Assembly: GCA_964106915.2 (NCBI GenBank)
Contig: OZ066920.1
Origin: Podarcis gaigeae
Lineage: Eukaryota
Direction: 5' to 3' (one strand)
DNA: 64,000 nt
Below are positions 11,528-25,661 of the stretch, one piece after another. Positions within the stretch are counted from its first letter, which is position 1. Each line of letters starts with the position of its first letter. The notes under the pieces were generated by a model that did no database searches, was not told the DNA's origin, and worked only from the letters and a program-made list of their open reading frames with translations. A program made the position numbers and the translations under genes.

Positions 11528-14500
11528 CTATACAGTAACAAGAAAACAAATATGATGACATCAATATGGCAATATTTTTGCACTGCTGTTGAATTATGCC
11601 GTACAAATATTCTTAGGCTTGGAAATTAAAATTTTGCAAACAACCATAAAACTTTTAAAAAGAATACAAGAGAAAACAAGTTATTTATTGTAGTTCTGAT
11701 TTGAACAGTGGTTATCTGAGTGTTGTACTCAGTGTTGTACTTTAAACTGTAAAAACAGTTTAAAAAGATAAAGCTAGAGAAATAAATCAAATATAACAAT
11801 TCTAGCACAACACTAAATTCCATCGAAACTAGAACACGAAACATTGCCCAATCTAGTCTGGTCAGGCTCTGGCAGGGAAGAAGGCTCTGGCCAGCATTTC
11901 TCTGCTTCCCCACCCCCCTTCTTTTCCTGGGCAGTTGTGTGTGTTCCCTGAAGATTTCCCCTCGTATCAATCCCAATGGAGAGAATATAAGTATACCTAA
12001 TGTACTTTCCCCCCATTATGGGTGTATGTCAGGAGCTTGGAAGGGGTTTTTGATCTGGGTGATCCATCCTTAATCTGTCTCCAGAATGGCTGCTCTTTTG
12101 CCATTATCACCACTGCAGCACCACCAGTACAGAGCAGAGGTTTCTGTGATAACAACAAGAGAGGCTTGAGAGAGTAGACCTTTTCCTCCAGCCTGCACAT
12201 CTCCCTCTCCGTGGGTAGAGAGAAGATCCACTCTGTCCTATGACTCTTGGGACCACAAGATTCTACCCTAAATGGTATTAAAATGCCACTAACTGTCAAA
12301 ATGTCATTTTTATGTTGTGAACCGCTCTGATATCTACAGATGGAGGGCAGTATACAGTTATTGTTGTTGCTGTTGCTGTTGTTCTTATGCCTGGGAATAC
12401 AACAAAGATGTCTGTCTAGTGCTGAATCAATATTAATGTGGGTCCACAGTAGGTCCCCTAAAATATCCAGCCATGTGTCTACATGCTGAATGCAGAAGTG
12501 GTAGTGATACAGACAAATTAAAAATGGTCAGTCTTATTTATTTCAGTTGGAGAGAGTAAAGCTTAGTTAAAAGGTGCATAGTTTGGCTTGATTGTGCCCT
12601 ATGCTTGCATAAAACAGGCAAGCAGCATACATATTTTAATTTCAAGTGTTTGCCATTTTAGTTTACCATATAAATAAATGGGAAATCATTGAATATAATT
12701 CAAAATCACAATTATTATCAACGAAGCTGGTCCAAGTAAAACTAACAGTTTTGAAACAAAGCTAAGCATTTATGCAAACATAGACAGCGATCATCCATCT
12801 TGTACATACAATACATTAAAAGCTAGTTGGTGGCTACTTGTGGCTTGAAGTACCTGTGTATGTTTAGGCAGTAATGTATTCTAGCTGCAGCAGTCATGTA
12901 CAGAAAGATATTGAGTGCCTTTTTAGGAATGTCATCACCTATTATCCCTAACAGAAAGGCCTCCAGTCTTTCGGGAAATGTGAGTTTTAGAATCTTTTTT
13001 TAATTCTGTGTGAATCCTTTCCCAGTACTCTCTAGTGTATTTACATGAACACCACATATGAATCAGGGTTTCCTCCACCTTCTGGCACTTTTAAAAAATG
13101 TATTAATGGTAAGGAGAAACAACTTTATTGTTTGAAGTCAATGGATTATTTTTTAAAAAAATAAATAAATGTGTGACGTATGGCAATTGTACAAATTTAA
13201 AGGGTCCTTCTTCAGTAAGGGGATGAATTGTGAATAGCAGATAAGTAAGTTTTCTCTGTATACCAAATGGAATAGCATTTTCCATAGCTGAATACTTCTG
13301 AGAAGAAAAAGTATGAAAGGAATATTTTCCATTTTAAATTTTTTTTTTGCAGTTTGACTTGATAGGTTTGGACACCATATTTCATCTGAGTCATTTATAT
13401 TCATACATCTCTACCTAGACTCAGCGTAAATTCAATTTCCCCATGAAAATATGTATTGACATGGCTTGTGACTAGGTGAGATAAACGGGCACCTTGGCAT
13501 TTAGGTGCCCCTAGGGTCTGGCAATTATCAAAGCTGCTCTGTTGTACAATGAAACTCCTTTATAGTAGTAGTTTTTAAAGTTTTCATGAGTAAAATATGG
13601 CTGCTTAAGAGCAAGTATTCTGCCTTGTGACAGCAGCTGATGAAGATGTTCAGTGAAGGGATTATTGTTGTAAAGCCATAAAGGGGGAGAGAATCTTCAG
13701 AGTGTGTTGAAACTAAAGGTGAAATGTTCCAGAAGGCCTAAAATGCCATCTTGGTAGTCAAGATAACTCCAAAACGAATTGGTAGTTGTTGCAAGAAGGA
13801 GCTTGCAACAGCTCATACATGTTTATATTCACTTGCTTTCATATATACTAATTGGCTTGCTTTGATGCTGTGCTTATCTGTAGACCCCGGGATGCTGGGC
13901 TCTTGGCCCAGAGAGGACAGCTATCTGTAAGCTTTGGATAGTAGCCATCTATGGCCTCACCGGTCAGGTGAATTGATGGGCCAAACTGAAGTACGCTGCT
14001 TTGTGTAGAAAGAATGCCTAAACATTTGCTTGGGTGTGGACAAGTAATGGTGACTTCCCACTCTTGCAGTGTTTGTCCTGCGTCTGCCAAGGCAGTGGGG
14101 CTCTGCTGGCTCTGCTGTGCGTTTACTATTTCTTATAAGCACTAGAATGAATCACTCTGGTATTTTTGACATCCCTGCACTAAACCACTCCCGCAAGCCC
14201 ATGGGCTAGTGGAGCAGGGCACAGAGGCAGAAAATAAATGAAGAAGTCAACTGCGTTACTTGTAGAGATGGAGAAAATATTTCTATTTAAATGTTACTCA
14301 GTTCTCTACAAGAATGAAGAACACTCAAAGAACCAACTGTGCCATCAGAGAAATGTATTGTGGTGCTCATCCAGTCAACAATTGTATATGCAGTTGGGTA
14401 GTAGACTGATCAACAACTTCACTTGTCAAAACATGATCACACTGACTTTAACAATCATAAGAGATGTGCTTATTACATGAACGGGCAGCATTCCTCTGTA

Positions 14501-17500
14501 CTGGCCATGGGCTATTGTAAAGGCATCAGAAGGACTTATGAAGTGAACAGAATAAAGGGCTGAGAATCCCCTTGTAATTCTCTTTCACGCTGTACTTGTC
14601 TGCAAAAGTGAGGGGGTAGGGAACTGGCCTTTGCTCTCCTGCCCCTAACGCATATGAAACATCAGTAAAAGACCTGAGGCCACAGGGTGCTCCAGCTGTC
14701 CAAAGCCAATAGTACTACTCTATACCATATTAGCTAGAGGCTATCACAAAACAAAATCTATAGCATATGACTAAAACCCTGTGTATGGTTTTGCATACTC
14801 TATCAGAGCCAATAACACTTCCAAGCTGATTTAACAAAACCTCATCTAGATTTCCCTCTGGAAATAAGCTGTATTATTCTCCATAAGAGTAGGTGAAAGT
14901 TTAAAAATAATGAAGCTTGAGCTCCCCCCCTTTTATTTGTATTGTATTTATACTATTCGGATAATATATTCTGAAAAATGTATTTTACTGAGCAGAGCGT
15001 GCGTGCCATGAACACAGAAATAGAGGTGTGTGTGTGTGTGTGTGTTTTAATGGCATGAATGCAGCAGATAATCAAAGCTGGAAGTGGGTTGTAACCAGTA
15101 GCAAAAAAGATGAGCAGGTGGCCTCCCCACTCCCTAGCATTACTTAATGTTGCCCTGTCCCATTTATAAAACAGTTTAATATATTTCAGGGCAAAAATAA
15201 GGAGTTTGGTTTGAAAGGAAGCAAGCAGAAATCCCTGTCTCTCTGCACATGCAATTGCTGTGATTGCTGATAAAAAGAACTGAGTGACAAGCTGCGTCAG
15301 GGAACCAAACTAGATGTGATCAGAAGAAAATGCCTTCATTTGCACCTCTTGGTAGAAATCAAAGACCCTATACTCTGACCTCGGAAAAGCCTTCCTTACA
15401 CACACCTTTGATTTGTGGGCCTTCACCAAATGTATTTCCAGTGAGTTCCCTGCAATTATGAGTACAGTTTGTCTATTTAAAAGATTTCCATCCTGCCTTG
15501 CAGAAAAAGACCCTTGGATATTTCCTTACAACTTGACTTTAAGGCTCTTGTTAAGATTGCTCACTCTTAATGCTCTGGGATAAAATGGCGGCCGCTACTA
15601 ATTTGCTGGCAGCCCATTGGGATAATATGATTAACATGATGACATTACAATGTCATATAACTAAGTATATCTATGATGCCAATTCACGGTGAGATCAGTG
15701 TTTCCTGCTCTCACTGTGAGTAGGCTACATGATAACTGTTGTTATTGGCATCCATCTGTCTTGGGAGACAATAGAGGAGTGTGCATTTGGGGGTAAAGTC
15801 AAACCATTGGAGAGTTACAGTGCCTGCTGTGGCTGTAGAGACCAATATGGGGAAGACATGCTTTGTTGCAGACGAAGGCATCCAGATGCAAATAACACAG
15901 GCAGTCATATTTAGCTAAGGGAGCTGCTTTGCTATATGTAATTCCCTGGGAAGAAGCCCCATTGAACTCAGTGGGGCCTAAGCATGAGTAGATAGGCACA
16001 GGCCTGCACTGTTAATATAACTCAAACCTTCAATCCAAAATTGCTAAGCTACATCTTAAGTAGCAACAAGAATGGAAACTCTGTTAACATTTCTATGGTC
16101 ATTCCACTTGACTGAGTCTTTAATATTTTGCCACACCAGGCGACATTAATAAAATGCATTTCCTGCCCAGAACTCCTGGGATTCTTCATCCATCCTATAT
16201 GGCTCATTGAGGCTCACATTTAGGATTTCTGATTACCCCTCTATTAATTCAATCACAAATTTCAAGCACTATGTCAGCATAGTGAGGACAGCTCTGATTT
16301 ACAGTACTTGAAATGAAAGCAGTTGCTATTTTAGAACAATTTGCATTTTTGGATATACTCCAGGTCCTACAATTACCTAGCTACCAAAAGTGTATAGAAT
16401 AGTTGTTGAGCACATTCTATGTGAGAGCAGTACTGTGTTAACATAGATCACCCCATCATTTAGGAAAGCAGTACTTTTTCATTCCTTCCTCTGTGGGATG
16501 GTGTTTTGTATGCATCTTCAAAGCCTTGCAGTGCTAAACTCCAGAAACAAAATGGGTATTACGAATGATCTCATTTTCACAGTGATGGTTTTGTTGGGAG
16601 GGAGGGAGACTTACAGGCAGTGGGCAGCAAAACATGTGCCCAGGCATTCTCAGCTGGTTTCTTCCCTGTTCTTGTGAAGAGTCAAGAATTCAGGGTTTAC
16701 TGTTACTTCATTTTTTAAAAGAGCTTCCGCCTTGTTGTGGAATCTTTTCCAAACACTGAAGGCCACAGTTTCACAGCCTACTGACAATTTCTCCTTGGAG
16801 AGGGCAAGAGAGCTGGCTGGATACAGGCACACAGTGCCTCTGCTACTTTGTCATGTGGAACGGTTGCTCCCTCCCACCTCACCCCAGGTGTTGCCATGGT
16901 GACTAAGCTGTACCAGTTGATCTGACTCTGGAAGGTACACAATGCCAAGCAAGAACTCCATCAAGTGTATGCTGGGGAGGAGGGCAAGAGGGGGGTGGGT
17001 AGGCAAGCGGGAACACAAGGCAACTTATTTTAATGGTACTTTAATAGTGTGAATTTCCAACCAGTGCATTTTCATAATAGAAAACAGTAATGAGGTAATA
17101 GATAATTTGCACCTGTCGAAGCACAAAGCTGATCCCAGTCAATCCAGTTTGTAATTTCAGGCTATTCAGATGCTTTTAAGAATGCCAATAACATGCTGAT
17201 GGATCCTATGCTCAATTACCGTAATTTACATATATACACAGAACGCTCATCTGTAACATGACATTAGGGATGTCTCTTTCCTATAAATTCACATTTGTTT
17301 GGTTGTCTCCACCTCCCCTAGGCCTTCAAATGCAAGGTTTCAGGCAGTAGTAATAACATGAATTCTATTGCCATTTTTTCTGTTGGAATCTCACAGTTTG
17401 CTACATTAACAAGGAAAAGGGGGGAAATTGCTCACAGCTGCCTAAGCTTGCAGCAAAAAGAGTTTCCTTCAAACAATAAGCCACTAACCCCATGCCACTG

Positions 17501-17649
17501 CTACAGAATAAACACTGCTGCAGATGTTTCCACCAGCAATAATAATACCCAAAGAATGGAACAATTTTGCATTTTGAAGTGTTCTGCTTGGGGCCAAACT
17601 CGACGTTACATGCACATTACTGCAATGGCCCTTTTGGTAAAGCTGTGCA

Positions 17650-17652
17650 TGT

Positions 17653-17714
<62 letters not shown>
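17650..17714. repeat. Compound (GT)n(GA)n microsatellite
   Basis: Directly visible. Confidence 0.97.
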
Positions 17715-17716
<2 letters not shown>

Positions 17717-17972
17717 AGACAGTGGTGGGGAGGGAAAGATTTAAGCATTCCCTCAAACTCCCACTTCTCCAATCCCTGAGGCAACAAGGTAATATTGCAC
17801 ACATCTACATGTGTAACATATAGCCTTTATAGTCATAATTAAGAAAGTTCTGAACAACAACAGTAATTCGGGAATTTCACTTTGTCCAAGGCCCAGCTCA
17901 AACCGATATTTCACTTTGGTACTCTTTTTCTGTGTAAACATTAAAATCAATAATATTAGAAGGAAAACTTAC

Positions 17973-18186
17973 GGATCAAAAGCTGCCAGCAGGAAGTTGA
18001 GTAGTAAGCTGATGGATTGCTCTATGTTGATCTGGTGGGTTGTTGGCATACGTTTGTTCAGTTGGTAAAAAACGGTGGACAGGACAGCTTCAATTCGAGC
18101 CACATTCAGTTCTATGTTCGGATCCAGGTTGTTCAATGAATTTTCCCGCAATGCTTCTATTACATTCCAAATATCCACTAAGTGCA
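17973..18186 (-). CDS. DTNA: DTNA coding exon 3 ([15 protein letters not shown]...LLAAFD-P), EF-hand-like region
   Basis: 214 nt, cctacatag| acceptor, |gtaagt donor; overlaps ORF 17969..18187. Confidence 0.98.
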
Positions 18187-19305
18187 CTATGTAGGATGCA
18201 AGATAGTACTAACAATCAGATAAATGCCCACAAAAGAGACAGAAAATAATCCTATCTTAGGTTATAGCATTTTTACAGATAGATAAAATATATACTTAGA
18301 TCTGCTTGAAATGACACATTTCCCCCACACTGCTCATTTTGTTTTTGTTTTTTTGCGGGGGTGTACAAAATTGTTTCAATGGAAATTGGTGGAGTGAAAC
18401 AATTTGGAGTGGCTTCCTTTTCCTTTTCCCATGATACCATGTTTACAGGTATAGTTTGGGTAAAAATCAAAATAGCAGCCCTGTGTCCACTGACAGGCAT
18501 GTGGGGGAAAGCAAAGGCTACACCCCCCAAAAAAGCTCACCCTTGCCATGGGATTTTGGGACAAACGGGTCCTCAGCATTGGATGGGTTTCCTCGTCCAA
18601 GCCGTTTTTGGAGGGATAGTCTTTCTCTGTTCCCTGAACCAATGCACAGTAAGGGAATCAGTGATGTCTTCTGTGCTTTCCATATGGAAGAAAGAAGGTG
18701 CACCCTGAAAATGGCTGGCTTAAGGGAAAAGCTCACCCCTTACCAATGACGCATGGGGGCCAGAGACTCCTTGATGGGGTTTTTTAGGGAGCCAGCAGCA
18801 GTAAGGGGAGGCAAGAGGAGGAGATGCAACAACTCTAAAAAATAAAATCGTTTGCCCACCAAAACATTGTCATTTTTATACACAAAGGAAACATAGGTCT
18901 CCTTTTCAGGTGCTCATTTCATTAGACCAGAATGGAATTAAAAAGAAAATACAACTACCGGTACAGGTGATTGGATACATATTTATAGAGAACTATAAGG
19001 CCAAATATATTTTATAAAGCAAAAAGAAGAAAAAGAAAGGCACAAGGAGGTTTTTGTTTTCAATTTTGAAGCTTTATGTAGCTTTTGGACCTAGAAGCTG
19101 ACAGTCTAGTCCTAACAGGCTCCTCCCGCACTGATTGGCTCTCTCCAACATTCCATTTAACACCCATCAACTTCCACACAAGCTACTTTGACATGTGGCA
19201 AACCCTTTGAGATGACCTGAATTCCAAGACATTTGGTGATTCAGGACTGCAGTATGCTAGAAGCCCTTTTGATCTCATGCATGAAATTAATAGAATCCGT
19301 ATATA

Positions 19306-19656
19306 AAAAGGTAAAGGACCCCTGACAGTTAAGTCAAGTCGCGAACGACTCTGGGGTTGCGGCGCTCATCTCGCTTTCTTGGCTGAGGGAGCCGGCGTAC
19401 AGCTTCCGGGTCATGTGGCCAATATGACTAAGCTGCTTCTGGCAAACCAGAGCAGTGCACGGAAACGCCGTTTACCTTCCCGCTGGAGTGGTACCTATTT
19501 ATCTACTTGGACTTTGACGTGCTTTAGAACTGCTAGGTTGGCAGGAGCAGGGACCGAGCAATGGGAGCTCACCCCGTCATGGGGATTCGAACCACCAACC
19601 TTCTGATCGGCAATCCCAAGGCTCAGTGGTTTAGACCACAGCGCCACCCATGTCTC
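19306..19656 (-). mobile_element. Sauria SINE (Squam1)
   Basis: tRNA-like head with GGTTCGAATCC B-box on the minus strand, ACCTTT tail, degenerate TSD (agaatcc..tatata); highly similar to the copies at 26.0 and 34.7 kb. Confidence 0.92.
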
Positions 19657-22268
19657 AGAATCCATTATATATATATCTATCTCCAAATACCATAAACCAC
19701 ACAGGGCAAGGAACCACAAACAAATTATGATACATAAATTATATGAAGAATCTCCTGACTTTTCATTTTATTTTAAAACAGTTTGGGGAAGGTGACATTG
19801 ACTGGAAGGGCTCTGCTAGGGAAGAGGTTTTTAACCTTCCACAGCATCATTTGTCTGACCTAATCACGCACACCCTGATTCTGTTAGTCACGCTGAGGTC
19901 GTGAGGGAAGGAGAAGAGGTCAAGTAACTGTATTTATTTCTAAAAACAGTTATATAGTGTTATATCAGAAGAAGAAGAAATATCAAAGCAATTTACAGCA
20001 ATAATACATAGAACATACAATAACAAATCATGTATTAAAAAGTTAAAAACAGACCTCAATAAACCATTGCGGAAAGATACATTCTTAATTGCCTGGCAGA
20101 ATAAAAAAGTTTTCAGCAGGCGTTTAAAATTTGACCCCGAAGGTGCCTGCTGGATCTCAATTGGCAAAAAAAATCCCATAAGCCTGGTGCCTGTGTTTTA
20201 CACCCCCACCCCACCCAGGAGTGCTAACAATGGCTTTGTGGAGGGAGATAATTTGTAAGGATGCATTAACATCACTGTGTTCAAGCTTAAAAACAATCAG
20301 GCTTTTGCAAACATTTCCTTTGGATACTCGACATCTCAAGGGTTTTTGCAAGTAATCAATAAAAAAAAATCTTGCAAAACCCAGATATGTCTATTGAAAT
20401 AAATGGAGACACAACAGAAAACCTTTGGGCCAATAGATGCCCCTCACCAGTCATTTTGGGCATGCAGCCTTTTAAAAATCTGTATACTGAATAAAAACAC
20501 GGAAGGCCTCCCTTAGTTCTCTCTTGCCCCAAGGGTTTCCAGTGGTGGATTGTATTTTGCTGCAGGCTCTTTAAACTCTGCTTACTGAATAAATAAACTG
20601 AGACTTCAAACTTGTTTTGTTCTCTCCCATCTTGTTAATGAGAACACTTTAAATGGTAAGGAAAACCCAACTGAATATGGCACAGCCTCTAAAGAAGCTC
20701 ACAAAAGTTACCAGCCTGTAAAAAGAATTGAGCGGCCTCTTTATGGACAGAACAGAATTGCAAATGGTTACTTAGCAGTTGGGTCTCTTTTTATTCACTG
20801 GGCCTAATCTCACTGCAGAACTGAAGCGGGGTGCTGCCTGCCCAGTCATCGCCATCTGCATCACAGCTGTTGCAAAGCATTATAAACAAGGGGGGTAGGC
20901 AGTCTGTCAGACCTTATTCTTGAAGCCCCCCCCCCCAATATTCTTGCCTGCATACAATTTCTTGTCACCATGGCTATGCTGTATGAACCTCTCCCAGACC
21001 TTTAGGCCATCACTGGTGGTCCTCTTCTGGGTACCCCCTCTGGCCAAGGTGCAGAGGGTGGTGGCGTTGGAGAGGGCAGCAGACACTGGAAGAGGAGGAG
21101 GAAGAGGCAGCTCCTGAGCCCAAGCCTAGCATAGGCTCACATCTTTACATTATGTCTAGATTTGGCCTATGCTTTTGTGACATGGGAGAAACTGAGGATC
21201 TCATAACATTTGGATTTTAAAAAACACTCTGCTTATATATTGGTTAGAAACATGTTTCTTCCCCAACTGCTTTTGGGTAAGGGAAACCAGTCAGATCTTG
21301 AAACGATCAGATAATTGATATAAAGAATTACTCATTAAGTCAGCATCTCACACTTTAGTATTATCCAAATCTCATGCTGCTTCTATTGAATCTCTTGTTG
21401 TAAATTGCTATCATCTGTGACTGCTGTAATGAAAACTAATTTTGGCTGGCTGAGCTCTTGCTCATTGTAACTATCTACAAATTGTGAGTTGTGTTGTCCA
21501 CCCCATTATGCATTGTGTTGTAACATTTTTTTCTTAGGATCTACGGCCAATATGGAACTCAAACTCAACTGAACTGTTCGCCTAACAGGAATTATATGGC
21601 ATAGTCTGGTTACCTTTGGGGTGGATTTTTCCTATTCATTTATCAAACAATGCCTCTAACTAAATATAAGATGAAGATACAATCCAAATGAATGAATGAA
21701 TAAGCTACTGCATTACTGTTTCATACACAATCCTCAAAGGATTTATGTCTGAAGAGATTACAAAGAATGAAAGAAGCTACAGAAACTTAGCAGTTATCTT
21801 TTACACACTTCCTGCAATCTCTCCACTGTACAGAAGAGGGCATATATTTGGTTAGAAAACAGTAATTACATCAGAAGAAGCAGAGATTATCAACACAACT
21901 TCCTTTATTCTCTTAAAAATTAATTCAACCCACCCACAACCTAATGCAGGGAATAAAAGGGGAGGGGAGAGACAATGAATATTGCCTGCCCTGTAGGTCG
22001 ATCTTTCCAGTTTGATTTAGAGTCTGCACAGCACAGACAAGATTCTGTGCAGTTGTTGCTCAGCTTCTAACCATTGGGCAGAGCCACACAGATCCTGCAC
22101 CCTGCAGAAAGCAAACCTTGCTGCTAGGAAAGACCAGCTGCAAGGAAAGACTGGCTTTATTTTTCACCATAGCAAGCTACTGGTTGCTAGGATGCCCTAC
22201 TATGATGCAATTCATACTATGATGTCTTTTCAGTCTCACTAGTATGTCACAAACATTCCTAAGTGTAA

Positions 22269-22270
<2 letters not shown>

Positions 22271-22346
<76 letters not shown>
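22271..22346. repeat. Compound (TC)n(TG)n(AG)n microsatellite
   Basis: Directly visible; the TC and AG arms are mutually complementary. Confidence 0.97.
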
Positions 22347-22616
22347 CTTCTTCAAACCCTAACCACTTTCTTCCTATATGAACTCTTAGCAGGTGGTCAA
22401 TAGGACCATGGTAGGACAGCAGAATGTGGTATAGAATTGTAGAGTTAGAAAGGACCCTGAGAACCATCTAGTCCAACCCCTTGCACTGTAAGAATACTTG
22501 GAGATGGGAAACCCAGTTGACATCGGGCCTTGCTTGATGAAAACCATCCCCTGAAATCTTTTTTCCAGGAGGTCTTGTAAACCTAGATTCAAGTGTTTTC
22601 CCTACTTGCTGGTGAC

Positions 22617-22733
22617 CATGGGAGTAGCCAAGGGGGGTGTAGCTGCCCCCAATCAATAAAAATACACGGCTAACTGAGGTTCTGACCCCCTAACAAAAGG
22701 CCTGCCCCCACCCTAATCCTGGCTACGCCTATG
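22617..22733. mobile_element. hAT-type MITE (CATGGG.GTAGCCA TIR)
   Basis: TIRs plus a perfect 8-bp TSD CTGGTGAC (22609-22616 / 22734-22741). Confidence 0.85.
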
Positions 22734-24598
22734 CTGGTGACAGGGGGTTGTGTTTCCCTGCTGCTGGAGCCACTTCCCCTTTAACATTTTTACCCATAAG
22801 ATAGCACAGTGAGGGCAGCTAGCATTGCACTTACCCCAAATCGGCTTTGTGAGATTTGACTAGGCAGTGAGATTTGACTAGGCAATGATGGTGGCCAAGC
22901 CCAAAGCTGAGAAAAGCAAATATTTCTGCCCTCACTCCAGGCTTATGTCTTAGGGGTAAATGTTACACAGCAGTAGAAACGTGTGCAAATGCACTATCAC
23001 CACCACCTCAAAGACCACAGAAGGGTGGGAAGGGCGGAGCGGCGGCTTTCATGAAACCTTGCCCCAGCTCCTATTCTGAGACAAAAGCCTGAGAATTTTG
23101 ATCTGAAATCAGTCCTAAGCCACAAAGCTCCCTAAATGGCTTTAACGAGGGTGTTATGAGCAGGATGAAGGAGAGAAGAATTATAAAAGCATTTTGGCTA
23201 GAACTCTACAAAGCTATGTGAGCCTCCTCTCAGCTTGAAGCACATGTGCAGCCAGAGGAATCTTGGATGTGTGTACTTCAGCTGCTCTTGTGAATGAACA
23301 GGAAATTACTTTTTGGTTTAAAACCACCTGTTCAGGAATGTAGATTAGTGCTGTACAAACGCCAAGGACATATCTATTTGTATCCAGGGCTGCATCAAGA
23401 GATGTTTTCTACCTGAGGAAAAGATAGCACCCACCGGCAATTCCTTGTACAGAATCCGCTGACAACACCCTCCCACTACACCTAAGAGCATCAGGCTAGT
23501 TTATGGGGCACAGGGCAGGCCACTTGGCCTCCTCCTGTAGCTCTTTCCTCCAGCCATTTGCCAAGATTCCCTGCTCCACACTCATCACCAGCCATCTGAG
23601 ACTGTCATCTTATCCTGCCTAACATTAGGGTAGACCCTTTGTGTTGTGGTGTGCACACATACCTCTGAAGGACTACATATTTAGGGCACTTAAGGAAGCT
23701 ATAGAAACTATAGACAATTATTTAAATACTCCAGAAGATAGAAACCAGCCAGAGAAGCAGTAGGACCATTAAGAGACAAGGTTGAAAACTGGGTGCACAA
23801 GAAAAGCATTTACTTTCTTTGTGCCAAGCCCTCACAAAGCACCTTATAAGACTTGCAGAATGAAGCTGGGAAGTCAAGCGAATTCCTTGTATTATTCTTT
23901 GCTTCACAACACAGGTCAGTGAATAACAAGCAAGAATGTTTTTCTTCTTCCTAAGAAAAGTTGCAATGGGTCTTCCATTACAACTCCCATACCCACAGTT
24001 GGCTTCCAGTGGCTCAGCTGAGATTGGCTTAAATTTAATAATAGCCCAATTTGTCTCCAGACTTCAGACAAAGGTGTGTGAGAGACAGCCACACATGAAC
24101 CAGCTTTTCAGTGAGCGCAGCTGAATAGCAGTCTAATACAGCCGGCAAGGAATACATGTGTGGTGTTCATTCACAAACTAAAACAACTACTGTAGTTAGT
24201 CATTAGGACCAGATGGCTTTCACTCAACATTTCTAAGAACTCAAAATAGTTTTTGTTTAAAACATATAAGCTTGCTAGGACTGGCATCCATGTCAGAGAA
24301 TTAGTAGACTACCATTGTTTAAGGGGATTTCAGACAATCCAGGAATTTACAGACCTGTTTCCCTAACTTCTGTCCAAAATAATTTGATGGAAAACATATT
24401 AAAGCAACAACACTCAATAAAATTAGCAAGCCTTGCTTGGGAAATACTGAAAGGTCAAGCAGTATTTAACCAGTAGCAGCTTGAGATTTCATATGAAAGA
24501 GGAAACACTTGCATTTTGTCAAGAACCTGCCTCAGATATTGAGTTCTATACCACTTCCTGAGGATGAGGTAATACAGATTAGAGAAAGCTACATTACT

Positions 24599-24616
24599 AG
24601 CCACTAGATGGCAGTG
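24599..24616 (+). promoter_or_regulatory. Candidate CTCF site
   Basis: AGCCACTAGATGGCAGTG fits the CCASYAGRKGGCRS core with no mismatch. Confidence 0.5.
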
Positions 24617-24989
24617 TGCATATTTTAGTAAATGCCACATATATGTGCTCTTACATATTAACCATATATTCGTATTGCATCAAATTAACAAAAACCAAGG
24701 CGTATGGATTTCTGCTGTTCCCTTAAGAAATCTGCTGTTTCAAAGGGGGGAAAATATATTTGTATTTGCACCAATGTCTGTATAGATTGGTTACAGAGTT
24801 AGCTTTCTCATTTTCTCAGCATGACTAAATAAGAAATTATGGAGGTGAAAGAAGAAAAAAAAAATGCTTTATTGAGAATTGTTATTATGGCAACTGACCT
24901 GTCAAATGCTGGTCATGATTTCACCCCATTTCTAATTTACAGTGTTACTGAGTCAGGCACACAGCAGTCCTAGCTAGTAAAGTCTGAAC

Positions 24990-25150
24990 TGTGAAATGAG
25001 CTGCCCACAGTTAAAATCTCATCTCATTCATAAACTTGCTAGGTGCCCTTAGGCTTTGCTCACTGCCCTTAATCCGACTTCTGTAATATGGGAATAATAA
25101 TACTAGCCTACCTTACAAAATTGTGATGATTACAAAGATAATGCATGAGT
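24990..25150 (+). mobile_element. Ancient MIR-like CORE SINE remnant
   Basis: CTGTAATATGGGAATAATAATACTAGCCTACCTTACA...GATAATGCATG resembles the MIR core and 3' region. Confidence 0.6.
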
Positions 25151-25419
25151 TCTGAACAGCCTAATGATACAAAAAGTGAAACATTAATATATAGGAAAGA
25201 CATGAATAATAGAACCAAGACACTAACTGACCAAGCAGAAATGAAAGAAGAGAAGTGCCATTCTGAACTTGAGTTAACCAGACATTAAGTTTCTGTAGCC
25301 CAACCAGTAAAACTGCATTCTGAAAAGTAACCAGCATTAGGGTCTGAAGAAGCAGTAAAAACTACAAGGTTACTGGGGGATTTGGTTGATGTTTTGTTTG
25401 CTACTAAACCAACTCAATA

Positions 25420-25661
25420 CAGTGGTACTTCAGGTTACATACGCTTCAGGTTACGTACGCTTCAGGTTACAGACTCCGCTAACCCAGAAATAATGCTTCA
25501 GGTTAAGAACTTTGCTTCAGGATGAGAACAGAATTCGTGCTTCCGCGGTGTGGCGGGAGCGGGAGGCCCCATTAGCTAAAGTGATGCTTCAGGTTAAGAA
25601 CAGTTTCAGGTTAAGAACGGACCTCCAGAACAAATTAAGTACTTAACCTGAGATACCACTG
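25420..25661 (+). mobile_element. Tc1/mariner-pogo-type MITE (TIR CAGTGGTACCTCGGGTTA, TA TSD)
   Basis: TA|CAGTGGTAC...TACCACTG|TA with internal GCTTCAGGTTA repeats; one of five related copies. Confidence 0.88.

Noticed and set aside
25420-25661. Short interspaced direct repeats superficially like a CRISPR array
   Set aside because: Eukaryotic intron, irregular spacing, enclosed by MITE TIRs, no cas genes.
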